Shown piece after piece: positions 47,613 through 59,889 of a stretch of DNA of 64,000 nucleotides; positions within the stretch are counted from its first letter, which is position 1; each line of letters opens with the position of its first letter. This DNA is from Mobula hypostoma. Taxonomy: Eukaryota. Below the pieces are notes generated by a model. The model had not been told where the DNA came from and did no database searches. It saw only the letters and a program-made list of their open reading frames with translations. Where the stretch lies: NCBI RefSeq assembly GCF_963921235.1, contig NC_086107.1, forward strand, positions 102,114,001 through 102,178,000, in the 5' to 3' direction. A program made the position numbers and the translations under genes.

Positions 47613-48168
47613 TGGTGAAAGCCATTTTACTGGCAACTTTCAAAATGATTAATAAAACACGATAGGTCTTAAGTCCTTCTTTGAAGAGTTAAAATTTAAG
47701 GGTACATTTATTTTAACATGCATTTAACTTATGAAAATTAACCCAAAGATACATATACCATTTCAGCCAAGGTTCAGCATCCAATTCAGGTTTATTCATC
47801 ACACTTGCATTGAAATACACAGTGGAGTGCGACGTTTGCGTCAATGATTGGAGTGTGCTGGGGGCGGCCTGCAAGTGTTATTGCCAATCTGGTGCCAACG
47901 CCGTGCCCAGCAGAACAGAACAAACCAAGCGACAAAGCGACAACAGCAAAACAAGCCCCATTCCTCCCACCCACCCAGACACATAACCCCACCTTCTTCA
48001 GCCTGCAGACTCATCAGGTCTGTGACTTCCACCACTGATTCACAGACATTCGCAGACTCATGGCGCCCGCCATTAAGCCTTGACTTCTGGCATCTCAATT
48101 TTTTTTTAAACAATAATTCAACCAAACAAAACAATGTTCCTCTGGGGCCAAGGTGCAAAGCTTGGGCT

Positions 48169-48640
48169 CTACTACTACTACGTCGGCTCAGGCCTAGGGG
48201 GCCGGCGTCGGGCACGATGACGGACTCTCCACTTCTCCCTCTCCCTCATCAGTATGTTCAGTTCATCTACATTGGCCGCGCCGCTGTCTTCTAGGAGCGG
48301 GTTGACCATAGCCTTGGGAGGGCGCCCAGGGTTCATCCTCCCGTGCTTGGGCTCCTGTATGATGACTAGGCTGGCAGGTAGCTCGGGGTGGCATAAACAG
48401 TGCCCTGCCAGTCACCTCGATTTTAGTGGTGAGCATCGGTAGGTTGTTATAGAGCTCGATGTTCGTCATGCGCTGTTGCCAACTCACGTCAAGAGCCATC
48501 CGGAGCATTCGTGTATAGCAACCATCTAGAGATTTTCGTATCGTCCTGGTGAGTGTTCACGTCTCGCATCCATACGTGAGAATGGACTCTATGACTGCTA
48601 TGAAAATCCTCTTTTTAAGCCCTCTGGTCAGGTTCGACTT
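48169..48640 (-). mobile_element. RTE-clade LINE 3' end, CpG-rich
   Basis: Minus-strand IESILTYGCETWTL...LDGCYTRMLRMALDVSWQQRMTNIELY...GRP; (TAG)n tail. Confidence 0.85.
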
Positions 48641-49599
48641 GGGCAGATGTATGGAATTGAGTGGGATCCAGGATCAGCCATGATGGAATGGTGGAGCAGA
48701 CTCGAGGGGCTGAATGGCCTAATTCTGCTCCTATGTCTTATGATCTTACTGACTGAAGTCTGTTGCTCAAGAAGCCAAGGATCCATATGTGTGTGGGAAG
48801 GGGGGGAATGAGTTGCAGAGTCTTGTATGTAGGAGTACGAAGATGAATTTGGAATTTAAGGCAGGGCTGTAGTCAATAAATAGTAGTCTGATCTAAGTGC
48901 CTTTGTTATTCTTTAACCATTTCTTGGCAGGTAATAAAGTAAACTGGGGGGAGAGGGCACAGTCGTGTGGCAGGTTGTGCAGTCGTCTCAAAGCCAGTGA
49001 TTTGGGCTTAATTGTAATCTTCAATGCCATCTGTGCGCAGTTTACTCATTCCCCCTCGGTATTCCAGTTTTGTCCCCACCGAAGATATAACCATATAACA
49101 ATTTCAGCACAGAAACCGGCCATCTCGGCCCTTCTAGTCCATGCCGAAAATGCACTGATTAATAAGTTAAGCGGTTGACCTCTAATGTTGAGGATGGGAG
49201 GAGAATTAGGATGGGTTGTGAAGGCAAATAATGTGCAGGGAAATAAGTGGGGCTGGAGGAAGGGTTAATGGTTCTTCTCTAAGAGCCAGCTGAGGTTCAG
49301 TGAGCCAAGTGACTGCCTTCTATTCTGTGAGAAGTGTGAAAGCCAGCTGACACAAATCACTACAATAAAACCATAATGCAGGGAACATGCAGCCAGGTGG
49401 GGAGCATTTAGGAAAAGAGAAACAGAGCTGACACTTCAGGTTTACCATCCTTGATCAGGCAGCCTGTCAAAGGATCTTGAATGTTTCTCACTCCACGGGT
49501 CACAAGATCACAAGACAAAGGAGCAGCAGGCCATTCGGCCCATCGAGTCTGCTCCGCCACTCCACCTTGAGCTAAACTATTCTCCCACCTAGTTCCAAT

Positions 49600-50220
49600 T
49601 TAGATTATGAATTCACATAGTCCTCTTTTATTGTCATTTAGTAATGCATGCTTTAAAAAATGATACATTACTTCCTCCGGTGTGATATCACAAAACACAG
49701 GACAGACCAAGACTGAAAAAACTGACAAAACCACATAATTATAACGTATAGTTACAACAGTGCAACAATACCATAACTTGATGAAGAAGTCCATGAGCAC
49801 AGTAAAGTTCAAAGTCTCTCAAATGTCCCACATCTCATGCAGACGGGAGAAGGAAGAAAAACTCTCCCTGCCATGCCGACCACAGTCCGACTCTGAGTCA
49901 TCCGAAAACTTCGAGCTCTGATCAGCTCTCCGACACCGAGTACTGAGCGCCATCTCTGTCCGAACAATTCGACCTCCTTCTCGGTCACCAAAAGCAGGCA
50001 AGGCCGGTGATTTTGAGGCCTACCCTCCGAAAGATTCCCAACCACACAGTAACGACAGCAGCGGACGGGTGTTTCAGAAATTTCTCCAGATGTTCCTCCG
50101 TGCTTTCACGTCCATTCTCCACCAAATCAGAATTGTCCACGGCCCCTATTTAACAGATACGATATCATTTTTCACCGGAGGGCTGCGCACACGCAGGCGC
50201 ACCGCCATCTTGTCCTCCCG
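49600..50220 (-). mobile_element. Non-autonomous LINE-derived element, copy 2
   Basis: Matches 22973-23595; 5' AAGATGGCG; candidate TSD caattt. Confidence 0.75.
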
Positions 50221-51256
50221 CAATTTCACTAATGATGCATTAATGATACAAGTTATTTAAAATATTAATGCGAGAGCCACACACACACAAATGTTGGAGG
50301 AACTCAGCAAGCCAGGCAGCATCTATGGAAAAGAGTACAGTCGACGTTTCGGGCCGAGATCCTTCATCGAGACGAGATGGTTTAATGTCATCTCCTGTTA
50401 GTTACTGCCCATTACGCCGGTAATGAAGGTTCTCCATCTCTGACTGTCCTTGGCCATTATTGTGCTCCCCCCCACTCAGGTGTGGTTCAGGGTCCTCATT
50501 TCTGCCTCTACAGTACGGCGCCAAGTTGTCCTTGGTCTGTCATTTCCAGTACGCAGGTGTAAAGGAGAACAAAATAGTTGTTACTCCAGATCCGATGCAG
50601 CACAAAAAAACCAGAATAAGGTCAAGAACAGAATAATACTAATAAAAAATATAAATGCATAAGTTAGCTTATATAAATTGATCGTCTGTCCATAAAGTGA
50701 TGCTAGGCACAGGAGTGCCTGCACTTTAGGTGGCAGATAGGAAATGATAAAGTGGTGATGGGTGGAGACTTGGAGGGTTAGTGGGTGGAGGGGTTGATCA
50801 GCCTTACTGCTTGGGGAAATACCTGTTTTTCTGCCTGGTGGACCTGGTGTGGATGCTACGCAGCCTTCTTTCTGATGGAAGTGGGACAAGCAGCCCATGT
50901 TACTGGCCCTTTTCCGCCACTTTCCTGGATACACGTCCTTGACAGCAGGTGGGCTGATGCCGGTGAGGTGTTGGGCAGTTTTGACTACCCACTGCAGAGC
51001 CTTGCTGTCCAGTACCATGCCCCAAAGCAACGTGTTAGGATGCTCTCTACTGCACGTCCGTAGGATGTGAGTATTGATGTACAAAGTCCAGCTCCCTTTA
51101 GCCTGCTCAGAAAGGAGAGGCATTGGTGAGCGTTCTGGGACCATGAGAGGTTGTGTGAGATGTGCACTCTCGGGAGTTTGAAACTGCTCGCCGTGCCACC
51201 AGTGTAAAGGAGGGGGAGGGTGGGTGGTGTGAGTTCTCCTGAAGTCGATGACCATC

Positions 51257-51831
51257 TGTTGTAGCGTGGACGAAATCACCAGAGAGACAGAGTCACTGGT
51301 AGATACAAAGCAGCTTCTTTATTCGACACAACAAGGTACTGCAGGTATCTTACCGACGGAGACACTTTCCGTAGAAAGGTCCGCTAGCCCAATGTGGGCT
51401 CGATATTTATATGCTAAACACAAAGGCAATCGCTACTTAAAAAGTTACAGACAATGCATAGACAATGCTTCCTTTTGAAGCTACGTACAAAATATCACAC
51501 CTCCTAACTTCATCCTTTCCTTCCAACGCCAACATGTCTGGGTTGGTATCCACAACCTTTAGGAATGCAAGTTAAATCCACAATACATTTACTTGGCATT
51601 TTATGTGCTAACACAGAAGACAATTAATATTTATAAAGTATAGATAATACTGTCTTTGAAACTACAGCATCAGGTCAAACTACGGCACCAGAAGCACCTG
51701 GTATTCACACCTTTTCAGGAAGCGCATTGTTGTGGACTCAATCCACAGTACTTTGTCAAATAGAAGTCTGGTGGCCAAAGTCATTTAAGTGTAAACAAAT
51801 CATCTACCCAAAAAAACTCACTCTAACCACA
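51257..51831 (-). mobile_element. Probable solo LTR inserted in Rex1
   Basis: TG...CA with imperfect inverted ends; minus-strand TATA-like and AATAAA motifs in LTR order; TSD unclear. Confidence 0.5.
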
Positions 51832-52180
51832 TTGCCTTTGTCTTGTTGACAAGGAGAAAGAGGCTATTTGCCTGGCGTCAGGCCTCGAGCTCTTCCATCT
51901 CTCATTGTTGTTGGTGATGAGCCCCACCACTGCCGTGCGATCGGCGAACTTGACAGTGTGATTGCTCGGGGATTTGCCCATGCAGTCTTGTGCGAGCAGA
52001 GTGTACAGCAGTGGGCTCAGCACCCAGCCCTGGGACAGGGGGTGGGCACCTGTGTAGAGGAAGATGGGGAGGGAGGAGCGGTTGTGCATCCTGACAGTCT
52101 GAGGTCTGTTCATTGGGAAGTCCAACACCCGGTTGTACAGGGGTGTATTTAGACCGAGGAGTAGGAGTTTGTTCAGCAAA

Positions 52181-52802
52181 TCATAGTCATACTTTATTAA
52201 TCCTGGGGGAAATTGGTTTTCGTTACAGTTGCACCATAAATAATAAATAGTAATAAAACCATAAATAGTTAAATAGTAATATGTAAATTAAGCCAGTAAA
52301 TTATAAAATAAGTCCAGGACCAGCCTGTTGGCTCAGGGTGTCTGACCCTCCAAGGAAGGAGTTGTAAAGTTTGATGGCCACAGGCAGGAATGACTTCCTG
52401 TGACGCTCAGTGCTGCATCTCAGTGGAATGAGTCTCTGGCTGAATGTACTCCTGTGCCCACCCAGTACATTATGTAGTGGATGGGAGACATTGTCCAAGA
52501 TGGCATGCAACCTAGACAGCATCCTCTTTTCAGACACCACCGTCAGAGAGTCCAGTTCCATCCCCACAACGTCACTGGCCTTACGAATGAGTTTGTTGAT
52601 TCTGTTGGTGTCTGCTACCCTCAGCCTGCTGCCCCAGCACACAACAGCAAACATGATAGCACTGGTCACCACAGACTCGTAGAACATCCTCAGCATCATC
52701 CGGCAGATGTTAAAGGACCTCGGTCTCCTCAGGAAATAGAGACGGCTCTGACCCTTCTTGTAGACAGCCTCAGTGTTCTTTGACCAGTCCAGTTTATTGT
52801 CA
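52181..52802 (-). mobile_element. Young Rex1/Babar 3' end nested in the older Rex1
   Basis: ORF 52301-52699 is almost identical to ORF 30484-30855. Confidence 0.88.
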
Positions 52803-53959
52803 GGTCTGTGGGAATGCTGAAATGAAATCTAGAAACAACATTCTGATATAAGTGTCCTTGTTTTCATGGTGTGTCAGTGTCAGTGTCAGTGTCAGTGCCT
52901 GGCCCTGACACACCGTGAAAACAAGGACACTTATATCAGAGTGGTTCTGTCGGTAAACATATTGGTGAGAGTCCAGTGTGGCAGGAATGGAGTTTTTGAT
53001 ACGCGTCATTACCAGCCATTCAAAGCACTTCATAATGATTAGTGTCAGTGCCACTGGGCAGTAGTCATTTAGTTCTGAAGTTGGAGAGTTCTTTGGTACA
53101 AGGATGATGGTGACTGATTTGAAGCATGTGGGGACAGCAGCCTGGATGACTGAAAGGTTGAAGGCGTCTGTGAAGACGTCATTGAGCTGGTGTGCACAAT
53201 CCATGAATACTCTGCCTGGGACGTTGTTAGACCCATCCACCTTAGGGGGTTTGACTCTCTGCAGGTTTCTTCTCATGTCCACTGCTGTTCCAGACAGTGG
53301 CTGCTCACCTGGGAGGGGGTAGCTTTCATGGCTGGCATTGTGTTGCATGCCTCGAAGCGTGCACAAAAATGGTTTAGCGTACCAGGCAGGGAGGCATCAC
53401 TGGTACAGTCGATGCTGTTTTTCCTTGCGTAGTCAGTAATGCCCTCGATGCCCAGCCAAATGCAACAGGGATGGTTATCGGACAGGTGTTTCTGAATTCT
53501 TTGTTCATGGACGACCTTTGCCCTCTTGATGCCCAAGATGAAATATCTCCTGGCTGCTCTGAGAGCTTAAAGCAGCATCACAGGCTTTTAGTGAGAACAG
53601 CACCTCTACATTCAGCCCAGGCTTCTGGTTGGGACCTGAGATGCCCATTCTTGAGATACCAAAGTCATCTACACACTTTCCGATGTTACCAGTGACGGAT
53701 CGGGCGTATTCACGTGGCCTGCGTCTTCTCCCTTTTTTGGCAGCGTCCTTGAACATCTGCCAGCTAGTCTGTTCAAGAGAGTCCTGAATCATAAAGATGG
53801 CCTCATTAGGCCATGCAGTGATGGTCCTCGTGTTTGGTTTCTCCATTTTCAGCAGCGTTGGGAGTAACGTTGTGGAGATGTGGTTGGAGAGGCTAAGATC
53901 TGGGTGTGGGATGGGTCTGTAAGTACTGCACCTGTTTGTTCCCCAAGAGGCCATGGCGG

Positions 53960-54760
53960 AATTCAATAGGTTCAATTTAATGTCAGAGAAATGTATACAA
54001 TATACATCCTGAAATTCTTTTTCTTCGCAAGCAACCACGGAAACAGAGGAGTGCCCTAAAGAATGAATGGCAGTTAAATGTTAGAATCCCGAAGACCCCC
54101 TCCAGCTCCCCCCCCACACATAAGCAGCAGAAAAGCAATGACCCCCCTCCCCCACCAGCAAAAAAAACATCAGCACCTCCTCCTAAGTGTGCAGCAAAGC
54201 ATCAATACAGACACAGACTTGCAGTACCCCAAAGACTACTTGTTCACCCGGTATTTGACATACCACAGGCTCTCTCTCTCCTTAATAAGGGAGAAAGAGG
54301 TGTCTCGTTTCATAGTGAGAGGGGAGACCTAACAAACAACTCGCTGATTTACGATGTTAAAAATCCGTTGCGTTGCTTCTTCCGAGCTCTGTGCCCAAAG
54401 AACTTGGGTCTCTGGGCACACAGCCAGCAGCCAGCTCGCTGTTTTCGATTTTCCGTCTCCCACGACACACCACTTTTCTGCAGTGGCACCAACCTCAAAT
54501 CCACCCACCTCCAGAGCCACGGAATTCCGGCACCCTGAAGGCACGCTAGTCTTCTAGGCCGCATCCTTGGCATATCGATAAATAGCTAGTCGTGACGCCC
54601 TGAAAGGGGGTCCCATTCCTGCAAAGAACTGAAGTCAGCGTGTAACTCCAGGTCAGGGTCTTCAAAAGAACTCTGAAAAGGGAAAAAAAAGAGATATTAA
54701 AGATGGAAATAGAGCTGTTTCTGCAGATGCAAACAAAGGAGTCACCGTTAGGCACCATCA
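53960..54760 (-). mobile_element. Non-autonomous LINE-derived element (different family)
   Basis: Interrupts Rex1 homology; minus-strand head gatggtgcctaacgg and a 3' tail with ATTAAA. Confidence 0.5.
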
Positions 54761-55211
54761 TCCTAAACTCTGCCCTCAGATTTGGGTAAAATATCCTGCA
54801 GGTTAACATGATTGAAGTCTCCTGCTATCAGGAAGAGACTATCCGGATGCCTGTTTTGATTATACTGTAAAGCCTGAGTGTCAAGCTCGACAGTCTTGAG
54901 TGGAGTCTGTGTACAAGAAGGGCCAGAGTCATCTCTACTTCCCGAGTACACAGGCCTCTCCTTCACATGTTCTACCAGACAGTTGTCGCCAGCCAGTATA
55001 ATCTTCTATGCGGTGGTGTGCTGGGGCGACAGCATCAACATGGGTGATGCCAACAGGCTCAGTAAACTGATTATAAAGTCTGGCTCTGTTATAGGAGTCA
55101 AACTGGGCACACTGGTGGTAGAACAAAGGACCCTATGGGAAATCCTGGCAATTCTGGACAATGTTTCTCACCCTCTGCATGTCACCTTGGTGACCTTTAG
55201 TAATAGACGAA

Positions 55212-55658
55212 GGCTGATTTATACTTGTGTGTACGGGCTATGCCGTAGGCTTGATTTATACTTTTGCATAGCCCTACGCTGTAGCGAACATGCGCAGTTG
55301 TGTCTGCGTCGCTCTGCAATTCACCGCCAAAATGCTAGTTGGCGGTGGGGTTTCTATGCCACTGTGTTGAGTTTCTTCGTGAGAGACATGGACGAGAAAA
55401 TGCATTTCAAATATTTTCCGATGTCGGCAGGTAGATTTGACGATTTGGTTCATCGTCTCCAACCATTTATTTTGCATGTGTACGGACATTCCGGAGAAAA
55501 CCAACGGGAAATGCGATGCTACCAAGCGGACCAATCACAGTTGTTGCGGTCTGCATCGCTGCGACACGTGAGTTACATTTTTGGGGAGGTGCACGTTACC
55601 CTACAGTGTAGGGTATGCGGTACCTACAGCGTACATTTGACGCTGAAGTATAAATTGG
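55212..55658 (+). mobile_element. Harbinger/PIF-like non-autonomous DNA element
   Basis: TIR-like ggctgatttatactt and aagtataaattggg; internal [21 protein letters not shown] resembles the Harbinger transposase FRMS motif; inserted in a Rex1 fragment (54976-55790). Confidence 0.65.
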
Positions 55659-55951
55659 GAAACTGCACAGCTCCAAAGTAGTCATTTTTAATGTCAGCCA
55701 GTAGGCTCTATAATGAGTTAGCCTGTAGCCGGGGAAGTGATGTTGCAGTAACTCATTTTCTATTCTTTCTACTTCTCTTCTAATATTTATAACTGTGCAC
55801 TTGTAATACTACAGTGACACTAATTTCCTCACTTTCCTAAAGTATCTATCTCTCTCTCCCACTCCTTGGCGTTTTGTTCATGACAATAAACTCGACTCTG
55901 ATCTTGACTCTCTCTCTTCACGGATGCTGCCTGGTTTGCTACGTATTTCAA

Positions 55952-56090
55952 CAGGAATTCTGCAGATGCTGGAAATTCAAGCAACACACATCAAAGTTGC
56001 TGGTCCTAAAGAAGGGTCTCGGCCTGAAACGTCGACTGTCCCTCTTCCTAGAGATGCTGCCTGGCCTGCAGCAACTTTGATGTGTGTTGC
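55952..56090. mobile_element. Mini fold-back PLE insertion with TSD just upstream of RBX1
   Basis: Inverted arms gcaacacacatcaaagttgctg (55981-56002) and cagcaactttgatgtgtgttgc (56069-56090); direct repeat tacgtatttcaa at 55940-55951 and 56091-56102; mutated hammerhead inside. Confidence 0.82.
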
Positions 56091-56189
56091 TACGTATTTC
56101 AATTGCTTTCTGTTTCTTACATATTTTCCAGTATCTGCTGAATATGATCCAGGCAAACTTTTACCTGGATTGAACCTGAACTTGGCGAG

Positions 56190-56322
56190 AGGACAAAACT
56201 CGCCCTGTAGGTGGCGCCTCTGCTGCCCCACCCCGTCACCACGCACGTCACAAACACGCATGCGCCCAATGCTTCTCGCTGATTGGCTTGGAGGTGTCCC
56301 TAAATCTGCCGAAGCGGACAAA
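56190..56322 (+). promoter_or_regulatory. RBX1 proximal promoter / CpG island
   Basis: CTCF-like CCTGTAGGTGGCGC (56204-56217), CRE half-site ACGTCA, NRF1-like CGCATGCGC (~56257), CCAAT and ATTGG boxes (~56266, ~56282), and a YY1-like AAAATGGCG over the start codon. Confidence 0.7.
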
Positions 56323-56397
56323 ATGGCGACAGCGATGGATGTGGATGCACCGAGTACAACCAACAGCGGCGGCAAAAAACGCTTTGAAGTTAAAAAG
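56323..56397 (+). CDS. RBX1: RBX1 (RING-box protein 1) coding exon 1; exon 2 not seen in the window
   Basis: [25 protein letters not shown] |gtatct (human [26 protein letters not shown]); syntenic position downstream of XPNPEP3. Confidence 0.95.
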
Positions 56398-56802
56398 GTA
56401 TCTGGCTGGCCCGATTACTCGCTGGACACAGTCCCACTTCTTGCGACGAAAGTGTGCGAGAGAAAACGGAACTGTTTAGAATAATTTTAAAATTCGGCCC
56501 TAAGGCTGTAGGTTTGATTGACAACTGCGATCGACCAGTTGGAGTGGGGATTTTGTCACTGAGGCACAACCGTCAGCCAATAGTAGATGGGGGGCGGGAG
56601 GTCAAGAGGAGAGTGCGGCCTGGGTTGTTGACGGGCCCGGGGAGGCCTTGGCAACCTGGCGCTGCTTTAGGACAAGTTTGCGAGGTAATGACAGTCTCGC
56701 TTGAGGATTGAGGCTGCTAACTTCGTGCGTTTAGTATGTCAATGTCCCGCAAGCCCCGAGCCATCCCTCGGCTGGCAGCGGCCTGACAGCAGACTGAGGT
56801 GA

Positions 56803-56883
56803 CAGGGGTTCTCAATCTTTTTTCATGCCACGGACCAATACCATGAAGCAAGGGGTCTCTGGACCCCAGGTTGGGAACCCCTG
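56803..56883. mobile_element. hAT-type MITE in RBX1 intron 1
   Basis: TIRs caggggttctcaa/ttgggaacccctg; TSD tgaggtga/tgaggtgt. Confidence 0.78.
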
Positions 56884-57408
56884 TGAGGTGTGTTAAATGA
56901 TAAGAGCGACAGGGAGAATACGTATTACCCCTTCTCCTCCACCCCACCCCACCCCACCCCACCCCAGGTTGGATGAGAGTAGAACTATATGCCATACCTT
57001 ATGGGTGAAAGGTGAAATATCTAAAGGGGAACTTACTCTGTTGCGAGTGTGGAGCAAGCTGCCAATAAAGCTAGTAGGTGCGGGTTCAACTAACATTTAA
57101 GAGAAGTTTGGATGAGAGGGTTGTGGAGGGCTATAGTCTGGGTGCAGATGGGACTAGTCAGGAGACCAGGCTGGCATGGAATAGATAGGCCAATTGACCT
57201 GACTAGGTGCTGAAATGCTCTATGATTGAATGTGTGGAACTGCAGAGGGACTGGAGACTTGGACACTTTCATTCATCTAGCGATAGGGCAGATATTTGGA
57301 AACTGTGATAGGTGGTGCAGAGTGTCTGTGTGTTTGTAATGCATGGAGTTGAGCTCTCAGTGCATTTCTGAAAGTTTCTTTACTAGTTCATGCCATCGTA
57401 GATCAGTG

Positions 57409-59860
57409 AATAGAAACATAGAAAATAGGTGCAGGAGTAGGCCATTTGGCCCTTCGAGCCTGCACCGCCATTCAGTACGATCATGGCTGATCATCCAACT
57501 CAGAACCCTGCACCAGCCTTCCCTCCATACCCCCGATCCCTGTAGCCACAAGGGCCATATCTAACTCCCTCTTAAATATAGCCAATGAACCGGCCTCAAC
57601 TGTTTCCTGTGGCAGAGAATTCCACAAATTCACCACTCTCTGTGTGAAGAAGTTTTTCCTAATCTCAGTCCTAAAAGGCTTCCCCTTTATCCTCAAACTG
57701 TGACCCCTCGTTCTGGACTTCCCCAACATTGGGAACAATCTTCCTGCATCTAGCCTGTCCAATCCCTTTAGGATTTTATACGTTTCAATCAGATCCCCCC
57801 TCAATCTTCTAAATTCCAACGAGTACAAGCCCAGTTCATCCAGTCTTTCTTCATATGAAAGTCCTGCCATCCCAGGAATCAATCTGGTGAACCTTCTTTG
57901 TATTCCCTCTATGGCAAGGATGTCTTTCCTCAGATTAGGGGACCAAAACTGCACACGATTCTCCAGGTGTGGTCTCACCAAGGCCTTGTACAACTGCAGT
58001 AGTACCTCCCTGCTCCTGTACTCGAATCCTCTCGCTATAAATGCCAGCATACCATTCGCCTTTTTCACTGCCTGCTGTACCTGCATGCCCACTTTCAATG
58101 ACTGGTGTATAATGACACCCAGATCTCGTTGCACCTCCCCTTTTCCTAATCGGCCACCATTCAGATAATAATCTGTTTTCCTATTTTTGCCACCAAATTG
58201 GATAACTTCACATTTATCCACATTAAATTGCATCTGCCATGAATTTTCCCACTCACCCAACCTATCCAAGTCACCCTGCATCCTCTTAGCATCCTCCTCA
58301 CAGCTAACACTGCCGCCCAGCTTCGTGTCATCTGCAAACTTGGAGATGCTGCATTTAATTCCCTCATCCAAGTCATTAATATATATTCTAAACAACTGGG
58401 GTCCCAGCACTGAGCCTTGCGGTACCCCACTAGTCACTGCCTGCCATTCTGAAAAGGTCCCGTTTATTCCCACTCTTTGCTTCCTGTCTGCTAACCAATT
58501 CTCTATCCACATCAACACCTTACCCCCAAAACCGTGTGCTTTAAGTTTGCACACTAATCTCCTGTGTGGGACCTTGTCAAAAGCCTTTTGAAAATCCAAG
58601 TATACCACATCCACTGGTTCTCCCCTATCCACTCTACTAGTTACATCCCAAAAAATTCTATGAGATTCGTCAGACATGATTTTCCTTTCACAAATCCATG
58701 CTGACTTTGCCCGATGATTTCACCGCTTTCCAAATGTGCTGTTACGACATCTTTGATAACTGACTCCAGCAGTTTCCCCACCACTGACGTTAGGCTAACC
58801 GGTCTATAATTCCCCGGTTTCTCTCTCCCTCCTTTTTTAAAAAGGGGGAGTTACATTAGCCACCCTCCAATCCTCAGGAACTAGTCCAGAATCTAACGAG
58901 TTTTGAAAAATTATCACTAATGCATCCACTATTTCTTGGGCTACTTCCTTAAGCACTCTGGGATGCAGACCATCTGGCCCTGGGGATTTATCTGCCTTTA
59001 ATCCCTTCAATTTACCTAACACCACTTCCCTACTAACATGTATTTCGCTCAGTTCCTCCATCTTACTGGACCCTCTGTTCCCTACTATTTCTGGAAGATT
59101 ATTTATGTCCTCCTTAGTGAAGACAGAACCAAAGTAATTATTCAATTGGTCTGCCATGTCCTTGCTCCCCATAATCAATTCACCTGTTTCTGTCTGTAGG
59201 GGACCTACATTTGTCTTTACCAGTCTTTTCCTTTTTACATATCTATAAAAGCTTTTACAGTCCGTTTTTATGTTCCCTGCCAGTTTTCTCTCATAATCTT
59301 TTTTCCCCTTCCTAATTAAGCCCTTTGTCCTCCTCTGCTGAACTCTGAATTTCTCCCAGTCCTCAGGTGAGCCACTTTTTCTGGCTAATTTGTATGCTTC
59401 TTCTTTGGAATTGATACTATCCCTAATTTCTCCTGTCAGCCACGGGTGCACTACCTTCCTTGATTTATTCTTTTGTCAAACTGGGATGAACAACTGTTGT
59501 AGTTCATCCATGCAATCTTTAAATGCTTGCCATTGCATATCCACCGTCAATCCTTTAAGTGTCATTTGCCAGTCTATCTTAGCTAATTCATGACTCATAC
59601 CTTCAAAGTTACCCTTCTTTAAGTTCAGAACCTTTGTTTCTGAGTTAACTATGTCACTCTCCGTCTTAATGAAGAATTCCACCATATTATGGTCGCTCTT
59701 ACCCAAGGGGCCTCTCACGACAAGATTGCTAATTAACCCTTCCTCATTGCTCAAAACTCAGTCCAGAATAGCCTGCTCTCTAGTTGGTTCCTCGACATGT
59801 TGGTTCAAAAAACCATCCCGCATACATTCCAAGAAATCCTCTTCCTCAGCACCTTTACCA
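57409..59860 (-). mobile_element. Young CR1 LINE, 2.4 kb of ORF2 with few disruptions
   Basis: ORFs 59476-59754 (LGKSDHNMV, endonuclease end), 58837-59451 (KSPGPDGLHPRVLKE) and 57481-58677 (YLDFQKAFDKVPH...FADDTKL). Confidence 0.96.
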
Positions 59861-59889
59861 ATGGAGATGTTGCAAATATTTTGGACCAT

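Larger units (their letters stand above)
50540..54975 (-). mobile_element. Old Rex1/Babar LINE (endonuclease to 3' end) interrupted by three insertions
   Basis: FLIAGDFNHVNL (ORF 54763); LNDYCPVALTLIIMKCFEWLV...RMLFLDFISAF (ORF 52800); QGWVLSPLLYTL...KFAD (ORF 51823). Confidence 0.85.

Noticed and set aside
17677-56037. Other hammerhead-like copies (~17677, 29316, 31248, 39023, 50339, 56004) as active ribozymes
   Set aside because: Each has a deletion, a truncation or a core substitution (U4C, G5A, G12A or a broken stem III)
55924-56322. N-terminally extended RBX1 (186-aa ORF)
   Set aside because: The upstream part runs through a PLE insertion and promoter motifs; the conserved start is at 56323
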